Positions 9,185 through 16,569 of a DNA stretch of 64,000 nt are shown here, piece after piece. The first letter of the stretch is position 1, and every line of letters starts with the position of its first letter. The stretch is from Candidatus Omnitrophota bacterium (GTDB lineage: Bacteria; Omnitrophota; Gorgyraeia; Duberdicusellales; 4484-171): the NCBI GenBank assembly GCA_041652815.1, contig JBAZGN010000001.1, positions 182,315-246,314 of the forward strand, read 5' to 3'. The notes beneath the pieces are model-generated. The model did no database searches, was not told the origin of the DNA, and was given only the letters and a program-made list of their open reading frames with translations. Made by a program: the position numbers and the translations under genes.

Positions 9185-10653
9185 ACACAACATTATCCTC
9201 TATGGGGCCCATTATAGGTTCGGCGATTTTTCTATGTTTCGTGATAGTTTTTCTTGTTATTTATATTATAAATAAGCTGCAATTTATAAATATCCTCAAA
9301 AGAAATATCGAACACCTTAATAAAACAATCCGGGAGCTTGATTATCAGGCAAAACTAATAATCAAGGGCGATATGGAGCTGAAGCTCTACCAGGAAGAAG
9401 TGGAAGATAAACTCAACAAGCTTACTCTTCTTAAAAATCTCATAATATCTTCACTGCACATTCTGGATAAAGAAAACCTTTTTTCGCAAGTAGACGATAA
9501 AACGATAAATGACCTGGGTTTTAAAAAGGGCCTGATACTCACAATGGAAGGCGAGGTAAAATTAAGTGTCGGCTTTGAACCCAAGGAAATAGATGCACTA
9601 AAAGATTTCGTAAAATATAAAAAGAACTTCATCCAGGCCATACCATTAATTTCATCCGATACCGAAGCCGGTGCGGAATTGATAACTACCCTTCAAACAA
9701 AAGATTTTCTAATCGCTCCGATAAAAGCGCGGGAGAAAATATATGCCGTGTTTGTTTTGGCCAACCTGGTTATGCCAACGGATGTCAGGCGCGCGGAAAA
9801 AGAAATTTTTTCAATTATCTGTATGTATCTTGGCCAGTGCCTCGACAACATTCAGCTTTTTGAAGAAATCTATAATGCAAAAGATGAGCTTGAGAAGAAA
9901 GTAAAAGAAAGAACCAATGAATTAGTTAAGAGCTTACGCGAGATAGAAGCAATTAGCCGGGCAAAATCGGATTTTATCTCCGGCGTATCGCATGAATTGC
10001 GCACCCCTCTTACTTCAGTAAAAGGTTTCTCTTCGCTCTTGGTTGCTGAAAAATTCGGAAAGCTCCCTGAAGAAGCCAAGAAGCGCCTTGAGACAATAGA
10101 TGAAAATGTTGATAAGCTTGTAAATATGGTCAATACTCTTTTGGACATCGCGCGTATCGAATCGGGGAAAACAGAAGTAAAAATAGCTCCTGCCGATATC
10201 GCAAAATCAATCAGGGATGCGGGCGAATTCCTCTCCCCTCAAATGCAGGCAAAAGCAATAAAATTAGTTTTGGATACACCGGAGACACTTTTGGTCTACA
10301 TGGATAAAAACCTTATTGACCAGGTATTTATAAACCTGCTTGGAAATGCCATTAAATTCACGCCCAACGGCGGGCAGATAAAAATAAGTGTTAAGGCAAC
10401 CGGCAATCAAGCTGTTGTTGCCGTAGCAGATACAGGCTATGGAATAGAGAAAGAAAATTTGGAAAAGATTTTTCAGGAATTCTTTAGGGCAGATAATGCA
10501 GTAAATGCTATGGCAAAAGGAACGGGGCTTGGCCTATCTCTTGTAAAAAGAATTATCGAAATACACAAAGAAAAAATATGGGTCGAATCAGAAATTGGAA
10601 AAGGCAGCACCTTTTATTTCACGCTTAAATTGGCGAAGGAAAAGAACATTTAA
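9175..10653 (+). CDS. Sensor histidine kinase (N-terminal TM helix, coiled coil, GAF-like region, HisKA, HATPase_c)
   Basis: H-box SHELRTPLTSVKGF, N-box LLGNAIKFTP, G-boxes DTGYGI and GTGLGLSLVKRIIE, and an N-terminal hydrophobic helix. Confidence 0.85.
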   Translation: MEMNTTLSSMGPIIGSAIFLCFVIVFLVIYIINKLQFINILKRNIEHLNKTIRELDYQAKLIIKGDMELKLYQEEVEDKLNKLTLLKNLIISSLHILDKENLFSQVDDKTINDLGFKKGLILTMEGEVKLSVGFEPKEIDALKDFVKYKKNFIQAIPLISSDTEAGAELITTLQTKDFLIAPIKAREKIYAVFVLANLVMPTDVRRAEKEIFSIICMYLGQCLDNIQLFEEIYNAKDELEKKVKERTNELVKSLREIEAISRAKSDFISGVSHELRTPLTSVKGFSSLLVAEKFGKLPEEAKKRLETIDENVDKLVNMVNTLLDIARIESGKTEVKIAPADIAKSIRDAGEFLSPQMQAKAIKLVLDTPETLLVYMDKNLIDQVFINLLGNAIKFTPNGGQIKISVKATGNQAVVAVADTGYGIEKENLEKIFQEFFRADNAVNAMAKGTGLGLSLVKRIIEIHKEKIWVESEIGKGSTFYFTLKLAKEKNI

Positions 10654-10724
10654 AATGGAAAAGGTTAAGGTTGAGGTTAAGCTATAATATACTCTTGACC
10701 TCAACCTTAACCTGAGTTTATATT

Positions 10725-11663
10725 ATGGTTAAATTAAAAATAATGGTCGTTGACGACGACCCTGATATTTTGGAACTTCTCAAGGCAACCCTGGAAGAAG
10801 AATACGAAGTTATCAGTGCCGCCCTTGGCAACGAAGCTATAGAAAAATTAAAAAGCCAGGTGCCTGACCTATTGGTTTTAGATTATATGCTTCCTGACAT
10901 TCAGGGGCCGCAAATATGTAATATTTTAAGAAAAGACCCGCTGCTTGTGCATTTGCCCGTGCTGATGCTGACCGGCAAAGGAGAAATCGAAGATAAGGTA
11001 AAAGGGCTTGAGTCAGGTGTTGATGATTATATGGTAAAGCCTTTTTCACCGCAGGAGCTTACTGCGAGAGTGCGAATGCTTATACGGCGGTCGAATATCA
11101 ATTTAGACGCAAACCCTTTAACGCGGCTTCCCGGAAACGTTTCAATAAACCGCGAACTGGATGAAAAGATAAAAAGCAAAGAAAAGTTTGCCGCGCTTTA
11201 TATCGATTTGGATAACTTCAAAGCGGTAAATGACTACTACGGCTTTGAAAGAGGCGACGAGGTAATAAAAGAAACCGCCCGCATTTTAATCGATGCCATT
11301 TCAAAAGAAGGCACCACAAAAGATTTCATCGGCCATATCGGCGGAGATGATTTCTTTATCATAACCTCTCCGGAAAAGGGCGAAGAAATAGCAAAAAAAA
11401 TAATAAGTGATTTCGATAAAGTATCTCCCAAATTTTTTGATGAAAAAGACAGGATAAAAGGCTTTATCGAAACAAAGGGGCGTGACAACGAAATACATAA
11501 ATTCGGATTTATTACTATCTCTGTGGGAATAATAACCAACTTATACAGAGAGTTCACGCATACCGCACAAATAAGCTCGCTCGGAGCAGAAGTTAAGGGG
11601 TTTGCCAAAAAATTCGCTCAAAGTAAATATATTTTCGACAAAAGAACCGAGCAGAAATACTGA
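10725..11663 (+). CDS. Response regulator: REC domain fused to a GGDEF-family domain with non-canonical GGDDF signature
   Basis: REC motifs (MVVDDDPDILELL, phospho-acceptor in LVLDYMLPD, MLTGKG, KPF). GGDEF-domain motifs are NPLTRLPGN, DLDNFKAVNDYYG, RGDEVIK, then GGDDF where GG(D/E)EF is expected. Confidence 0.8.
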   Translation: MVKLKIMVVDDDPDILELLKATLEEEYEVISAALGNEAIEKLKSQVPDLLVLDYMLPDIQGPQICNILRKDPLLVHLPVLMLTGKGEIEDKVKGLESGVDDYMVKPFSPQELTARVRMLIRRSNINLDANPLTRLPGNVSINRELDEKIKSKEKFAALYIDLDNFKAVNDYYGFERGDEVIKETARILIDAISKEGTTKDFIGHIGGDDFFIITSPEKGEEIAKKIISDFDKVSPKFFDEKDRIKGFIETKGRDNEIHKFGFITISVGIITNLYREFTHTAQISSLGAEVKGFAKKFAQSKYIFDKRTEQKY

Positions 11664-11754
11664 ATACGAATTACCACGAATTTGAAACGAATTGCCACTA
11701 ATTAAAACCTATTTAAATAGTTCCAAAAAATAAATATAGTTGTCAGAGTAACGG

Positions 11755-12525
11755 TTGTATGATATATATAATCTTCCTAAAAATAAACATAGTATGCCAA
11801 AATTAGAAGTTAACGATAATTTTTTCAAAAATTGGTCACCAGATATGGCTTATGTTTTAGGTTTGATTACCGCTGATGGATGCCTCATAAAACATAAAAA
11901 TGGCCATAGGAGTTTGGATATTACTTTAAAAGATAAAAGATTACTGGAAGATATTAAAAAACTATTAAATTCCGAGCACAAAATAGGTAAAAAAACCAGA
12001 GGATACCGTCTACAAATTAAAAACAAAACTTTGTATAATGATCTTTATAGCTTAGGGCTAACTCCAAGAAAATCTAAAACTATTAGGTTCCCTGCCGTAC
12101 CTCCGAAATATCTTTCTGATTTTGTACGAGGTTATTTTGACGGTGATGGCAGCGTTTGCGTATGGAAAGAAAAACGCTGGAAAAATAGTTTACAAATCAG
12201 AACAACTTTTGTTTGCGGGAGCTTACCTTTTTTAAAATCATTAAAAACCAATCTCTCTGAATATGGCGAACTAGATAAAGGTAAAATATGGGGAGGAAAC
12301 AAAAACAACAGAGCGGCTTATGAGCTTCATTACGGGATAAATGATAGCTTAAGATTGTTTAATTTTATATATAAACCTCAAAGCTTTCCCTATTTAAACC
12401 GAAAAAAACAAAAGTTTGAGTTCTTTATAAAATCAAAAAATAATTTTCCATCTGCGAGAGTGGCGGTCAACAACCTTTGCCAAAGGCAAAGCTTCTTTAA
12501 TGTTGTTGCCCGCATAAGCTATTAA
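11755..12525 (+). CDS. LAGLIDADG-family homing endonuclease, free-standing (two-motif, single-chain type)
   Basis: Two LAGLIDADG motifs at the expected spacing (LGLITADGCL and VRGYFDGDGSV). The protein is basic with a K/R-rich C-terminal half. The true start may be the internal Met of MPKLEVNDN. Confidence 0.8.
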   Translation: MYDIYNLPKNKHSMPKLEVNDNFFKNWSPDMAYVLGLITADGCLIKHKNGHRSLDITLKDKRLLEDIKKLLNSEHKIGKKTRGYRLQIKNKTLYNDLYSLGLTPRKSKTIRFPAVPPKYLSDFVRGYFDGDGSVCVWKEKRWKNSLQIRTTFVCGSLPFLKSLKTNLSEYGELDKGKIWGGNKNNRAAYELHYGINDSLRLFNFIYKPQSFPYLNRKKQKFEFFIKSKNNFPSARVAVNNLCQRQSFFNVVARISY

Positions 12526-12581
12526 ACTAAATAAATTTCTTGTAGAAGCAAAAAGTTTTTGACCAAACTGAAAACTATGTA

Positions 12582-12665
12582 GCGAGAGTGGCGGAATTGG
12601 CAGACGCATTAGCTTGAGGGGCTAACGGTAGCAATACTGTAGGGGTTCAACTCCCCTCTCTCGCA
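12582..12665 (+). tRNA. tRNA-Leu (anticodon GAG), type II with long variable arm
   Basis: Folded by hand. Acceptor stem gcgagag/ctctcgc with discriminator A. Anticodon stem ttagc/gctaa with loop ttGAGgg (U33, G37). Variable-arm hairpin cggta-gcaa-tactg. T stem agggg/cccct with loop ttcaact. CCA is not encoded. Confidence 0.85.
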
Positions 12666-12668
12666 TGT

Positions 12669-12745
12669 TTTATTTATTAACGTTTAGCGGGTAACGTATA
12701 GTATTGAATTACTAAACGCTCTACGCTAAACGTTAATAAAATGGT
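12669..12745. terminator. Dyad-symmetric element between convergent tRNA-Leu and rex (putative bidirectional terminator)
   Basis: ttaacgtttagcg ... cgctaaacgttaa, a perfect 13-bp inverted repeat, flanked by tgttttattta on the tRNA side and taaaatgg on the rex side. Confidence 0.45.
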
Positions 12746-12764
12746 TAAATAGTTTTCCTCGGTA

Positions 12765-13406
12765 CTACTGCAAGTTTACTCTTTCCAAAAGCTTCAATCT
12801 ATAGGTAAGATAAGTTAGCTGGCAAGAAAAATCCACATCCTTAAGGATAATGTCTTGCGGCAAAGCAAGTTTTACCGGTGCAAAATTTAAAATGGCGCGT
12901 ATTCCGCATCGATATAAATTATCTGAAATTTCTTTTGCATTTTCTTTTGGTACCGTTATTATCGCAATTCGGATATTTTCTTTCTTTATTATATTCTGAA
13001 GCTTCTCAAGGCCGTAAATTTTTATTCCGTTATAAGTTTTGTTTTGTTTATTTTTATCAACATCAAAGGCAGCCTTTATGCATATACCCTGGTCGCGAAA
13101 ACCTTTATAAAAGGAAAGGGCTCTGCCTAAATTGCCGAAACCCACAACGCAAACATTCCACTGCTGATTTAAACCGAGTATCTCTTTTATCCGGTCAATA
13201 AGCTCAAGGCAGGAATATCCCACGCCCTTTTTGCCGAAATGCCCGAAATAGGAAAGGTCTTTTCTTAATTGATGATGGCTTATTTTAAGAAAATCGGCGA
13301 GCTGGCGGCTTGATACTACTTTTTTCTTTTCTTCAAGAAAATAAATAAGGGCGCGCAGGTAATAAGATAGGCGTATGATGGTTTCTTCGGGAATTTTTTT
13401 GTCCAT
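12765..13406 (-). CDS. rex: Redox-sensing transcriptional repressor Rex (winged helix + NAD(H)-binding Rossmann domain)
   Basis: N-terminal IPEETIIRLSYYLRAL...SSRQLADFLKISHHQLRKDLSYFG. GxGxxG Rossmann motif VVGFGNLGRAL. The most plausible start is MDKKIPEE at 13406; the ORF-track extension to 13457 translates the upstream repeat element. Confidence 0.8.
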   Translation of the reverse strand: MDKKIPEETIIRLSYYLRALIYFLEEKKKVVSSRQLADFLKISHHQLRKDLSYFGHFGKKGVGYSCLELIDRIKEILGLNQQWNVCVVGFGNLGRALSFYKGFRDQGICIKAAFDVDKNKQNKTYNGIKIYGLEKLQNIIKKENIRIAIITVPKENAKEISDNLYRCGIRAILNFAPVKLALPQDIILKDVDFSCQLTYLTYRLKLLERVNLQ

Positions 13407-13410
13407 TGAT

Positions 13411-13575
13411 TTATTAAATAACCAATAACCAAGATACAAGATACAAACAATATTCAAATTCCAATAACCAATGACCGAACGGAAACATTGATTTTTGTTT
13501 GATTATTGAGATTTGGTTATTGGTCATTGTTTGGTTATTGTATCTTGGAGCTTGGTTATTTCTCCAGCTATTTTA
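13411..13575. repeat. Copy A of a ~150-bp palindromic 'ggttattg/caataacc' intergenic repeat family
   Basis: aataaccaataaccaagatacaagatacaaacaat ... attgtttggttattgtatcttggagcttggttatttctccagctat. The last ~45 nt are identical to copy C (32.2 kb). It lies between the hypE stop and the rex start. Confidence 0.7.
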
Positions 13576-13590
13576 ATTATTTATGGGTTG

Positions 13591-14601
13591 TTAGCATATG
13601 CGGGGCAAGTTAAACGAGTGTGAGAAATCAAGGATTCGCTCTCCTCCGGAAACTGTTTCAAGCACGACACCTTTTACGTTATCATCTATCTCTCCTATTA
13701 TTGATGCGGATTTGGAGGTTTTCTTTAAAAAATTTAAAACTTTCCTTGAAATTTTATCCGGCACAATAAGAACCGCTCTTCCTTCGCAGGCAAGATAATA
13801 AGGGTCTATTCCTAATATTTCGCAGGCAGCTTTCACGTCGCGCCGAACCGGTATATTTTCTTCGAAAATTCTTATTCCTTTTTTGCTTCCTAAATAGATT
13901 TCATTTAAAACGCTCGCGATTCCTCCCCGCGTTGGGTCACGCATAAAATTAATTTGCGGGAATTTCATCCATAGTGAAGTAACCAGCTTTTTTAAACTCT
14001 GACAATCGCTTTTTATGTTAAATTCGAAAATCTTTTTACGGCTGAGCATAACGCTTATTCCGTGCTCGCCGATTGAACCTGTAACAATTATCTTATCTTT
14101 ATTTTTTATATTTTTAAAAGAGGGGTTGGCATTCTGTATTTTTTCCCCTATGCCTGATGTGCTTATAAAAATTTTGTCTGCTTTTCCACGTTCAACCACT
14201 TTAAAGTCTCCGCTTACTATATCAACCTTAGATATGCGGGAGGCCAGATTTATTGAATTTACTATTCTTATAAGGTCGGATTTTAAAAACCCCTCTTCGA
14301 CAATCATGGCTAAACTTAAATATTTAGGGATTCCTCCACTAACACAAATATCGTTTACTGTGCCGAAGACGGAAAGTTTACCTATGTCGGAACCGGGGAA
14401 AAATATAGGGTCTACAGTAAAAGAGTCACAGCTATAAACAAATTTTCCTATGGTTGCTGCATCTGTTAACTGCGCAAGGATAGGATTAGAAAGTTTCTTT
14501 AGGAAAACTTCTCTAATTAAATTGTAGCTCGCTTTCGTGCCTTCGCCGTGTTTTAGGGTTATAATTTCTTCGTTCATAATATTTATAAGTAGAAGGAGCA
14601 A
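13591..14601 (-). CDS. hypE: [NiFe]-hydrogenase maturation factor HypE
   Basis: PurM/AIR-synthase-like fold. The C-terminus ends in PRIC, the HypE carbamoyl/cyano-carrying cysteine motif. Confidence 0.85.
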   Translation of the reverse strand: MLLLLINIMNEEIITLKHGEGTKASYNLIREVFLKKLSNPILAQLTDAATIGKFVYSCDSFTVDPIFFPGSDIGKLSVFGTVNDICVSGGIPKYLSLAMIVEEGFLKSDLIRIVNSINLASRISKVDIVSGDFKVVERGKADKIFISTSGIGEKIQNANPSFKNIKNKDKIIVTGSIGEHGISVMLSRKKIFEFNIKSDCQSLKKLVTSLWMKFPQINFMRDPTRGGIASVLNEIYLGSKKGIRIFEENIPVRRDVKAACEILGIDPYYLACEGRAVLIVPDKISRKVLNFLKKTSKSASIIGEIDDNVKGVVLETVSGGERILDFSHSFNLPRIC

Positions 14602-14612
14602 CTAATTGATCC

Positions 14613-14683
14613 TAGATGCCAGATGCTGGATGCTCGTTGTCCTTGTTTTTTACGAGTATCAAGCATCTAGCATCAAGCATCTA
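14613..14683. repeat. Intergenic dyad element built from 'agatgc' words
   Basis: tagatgccagatgctggatgctcg - ttgtccttgttttttacgag - tatcaagcatctagcatcaagcatcta. Confidence 0.5.
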
Positions 14684-14686
14684 TAT

Positions 14687-15355
14687 TTAAACCTCTCTTC
14701 CTTTTACTCTTTTAAGGGCCTCCACAGAAACCCCTATATCCGCCACATATATTTTACCACAAAGCTTTGGCCCATCATTTAACAAAAATCCTTTTTTCGG
14801 GGCGATAAAAGTGATTGTATAGTCTGCTTTTACTGCCTCTCCTAATATAACTCCGCTATCCGGGGACAACCCCGAAGGAATATCGCAGGAAATTATTTTC
14901 TTTCCGCTTTTATTTATATCGCGGATTATTTTTTTAAGGAAAGTAGAAAGCTCGCCCTTTGTACCTATTCCCAATATACCGTCTAAAATAAAATCAGAGG
15001 CTTTGAGGTATTTTTTAAATTCTTCTACGTTAGCCGGGTCAATTACGTATACAGGGATTTTTATTTTATCTAAAAGTTCTTTCTGAAATTTTACCTCCGC
15101 ATTAAAATCTTTTTCTTTCAAAACTACAGCGTAAACTTCGTAATTTTTGGCGGCGAGCTTTCTTGCACAGGCAAGCGTATCCGCGCCATTATTTCCTCTA
15201 CCCGCAACCACACATACGCTTTTACCCAGCTTCAAATTATCTATTATAGCCGCTAGATTGCTGGAAGCATTTTCGATAAGAAGCCTTTCGTTAAGGCCAA
15301 TCTTTTTGGCAGCTTCTTCCAAATGCCTTATTTTTTTTACAGAAAGCCCTTCCAT
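14687..15355 (-). CDS. NAD(P)H-hydrate epimerase, YjeF N-terminal domain protein
   Basis: VCVVAGRGNNGADTLACARKL matches the YjeF_N GxGNNGGDG motif. No C-terminal kinase (dehydratase) domain is present. Confidence 0.65.
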   Translation of the reverse strand: MEGLSVKKIRHLEEAAKKIGLNERLLIENASSNLAAIIDNLKLGKSVCVVAGRGNNGADTLACARKLAAKNYEVYAVVLKEKDFNAEVKFQKELLDKIKIPVYVIDPANVEEFKKYLKASDFILDGILGIGTKGELSTFLKKIIRDINKSGKKIISCDIPSGLSPDSGVILGEAVKADYTITFIAPKKGFLLNDGPKLCGKIYVADIGVSVEALKRVKGREV

Positions 15356-15460
15356 TATTTATCGCGGGTTCTAAGTTAAAAATGGCGGTTAAATTTTCTC
15401 TATTTGTAATTTTGGTTATTGTAAATTGTTTGTGGTTTGGAATTTGTGATTTGTAATTTT

Positions 15461-16453
15461 TTAATGAGATTCTTCTTTTCTATCTTTCTTCTTGAAGAGG
15501 TCAAGGAACTTATCTTCATATTCTGTATAAACATTCCAATGGTCAAGCTCGTCTTTAAGCTTTGTGGCTTTGGTTATATCTTTTTGCGATTCCTTGAAAA
15601 GCCCCTCTATTTTTTCTCTGGCAGACTGCGGAAGCTTACTGTAAGCAGCTAAATCTTTTTTAAGTTTTTCTATATCCTCTTCGCTTAAAGGAGTTGAAGT
15701 CGGCTCAGGGACTTCTCCCTTAAGGTAACTTATCAGTTTATCTATTTCTGTTTCGATAAATTTTGCTCTGTCAGTTAAAGGCAAAAGGCTTAAGTTTAAA
15801 CCAAGATAGTCATTTATAATTTTTAAAATGCTTGCGCTGGCTTTTGGATTTTCTATCTGCACGGTATAAAAAGGAATTTCCCCCAAAAGACAAGCACCGC
15901 GAAGGCCGCGGCCTTTTGCAACGCCAAGGATAAGCCCGTTAAGCCCGCTGATTTGGCCTTCTTTCAGGGGCTTGACGCCAAATTTAGCAAATTCTTTTAA
16001 TATTTCGTCATGTGTTGCCACAATTCTTACCGAAGACGGCGTTTTGTGGTCTATAGCTTCAGGCTTTGCGGCGAAAGTAAGTATAAATTTAGCTTTATAT
16101 TTTTTGACAAAATCAATTATAGCGCAAGACAATTCTTCTGCGCGTTCAAGGGGCGGCTGCACTTCCCCCATGAAAAGAATTATGTCCGGTGATTTTTTAC
16201 CTTTTACGTAATAGAAAAATCCGGCAGGCATTGAAGGCAATTCCAGTATCCCCTTTTCAACAACCACCGCGGCGGGCTTAAAGAATTCTCCGGATTCAAG
16301 CTTAGCAAACATCTTAAAACCCATTACTTCACGAAGAAATAATACGCTTCTGTAGGCTACCTCTCCCATCCCAGGCCAGGCAGCAATAAAAATTGGGTTC
16401 TTTAATTTTGGAGTTGCTACTTCTTTAATCATTTTTGTTGCACAGATTAGCAC
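15461..16453 (-). CDS. PAC2-family (proteasome-assembly-chaperone-like) protein
   Basis: The N-terminal block IFIAAWPGMGEVAYRSVLFL and overall length and composition resemble PAC2/DUF75 proteins. The C-terminus is acidic and coiled-coil. Confidence 0.45.
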   Translation of the reverse strand: MLICATKMIKEVATPKLKNPIFIAAWPGMGEVAYRSVLFLREVMGFKMFAKLESGEFFKPAAVVVEKGILELPSMPAGFFYYVKGKKSPDIILFMGEVQPPLERAEELSCAIIDFVKKYKAKFILTFAAKPEAIDHKTPSSVRIVATHDEILKEFAKFGVKPLKEGQISGLNGLILGVAKGRGLRGACLLGEIPFYTVQIENPKASASILKIINDYLGLNLSLLPLTDRAKFIETEIDKLISYLKGEVPEPTSTPLSEEDIEKLKKDLAAYSKLPQSAREKIEGLFKESQKDITKATKLKDELDHWNVYTEYEDKFLDLFKKKDRKEESH

Positions 16454-16569
16454 AGATTTTGAAGCGGATGATCACAGATATTAATCTGTTATCTGTGTTG
16501 TATAATCTATCATAAACTACTCAAAAAACAAGGACGATTTACTTCAGGCTGATAGCTGACGACTGACAG

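Noticed and set aside
10725-11663. Calling the GGDDF proteins active diguanylate cyclases
   Set aside because: The catalytic fourth-position Glu is replaced in both paralogs and no I-site is evident. Activity and product cannot be inferred from sequence alone, so the call is left as a GGDEF-family domain.
12526-12581. Sigma70 promoter for tRNA-Leu (TTGACC at 12557)
   Set aside because: No acceptable -10 hexamer lies at 16-18 bp spacing, so the promoter could not be called confidently.
13407-13457. N-terminal extension of the rex ORF (MNIVCILYLGYWLFNKS) in the ORF track
   Set aside because: These codons are the 'ggttattg' repeat element read in frame. The conserved Rex N-terminus begins at the internal Met (MDKKIPEE, 13406).
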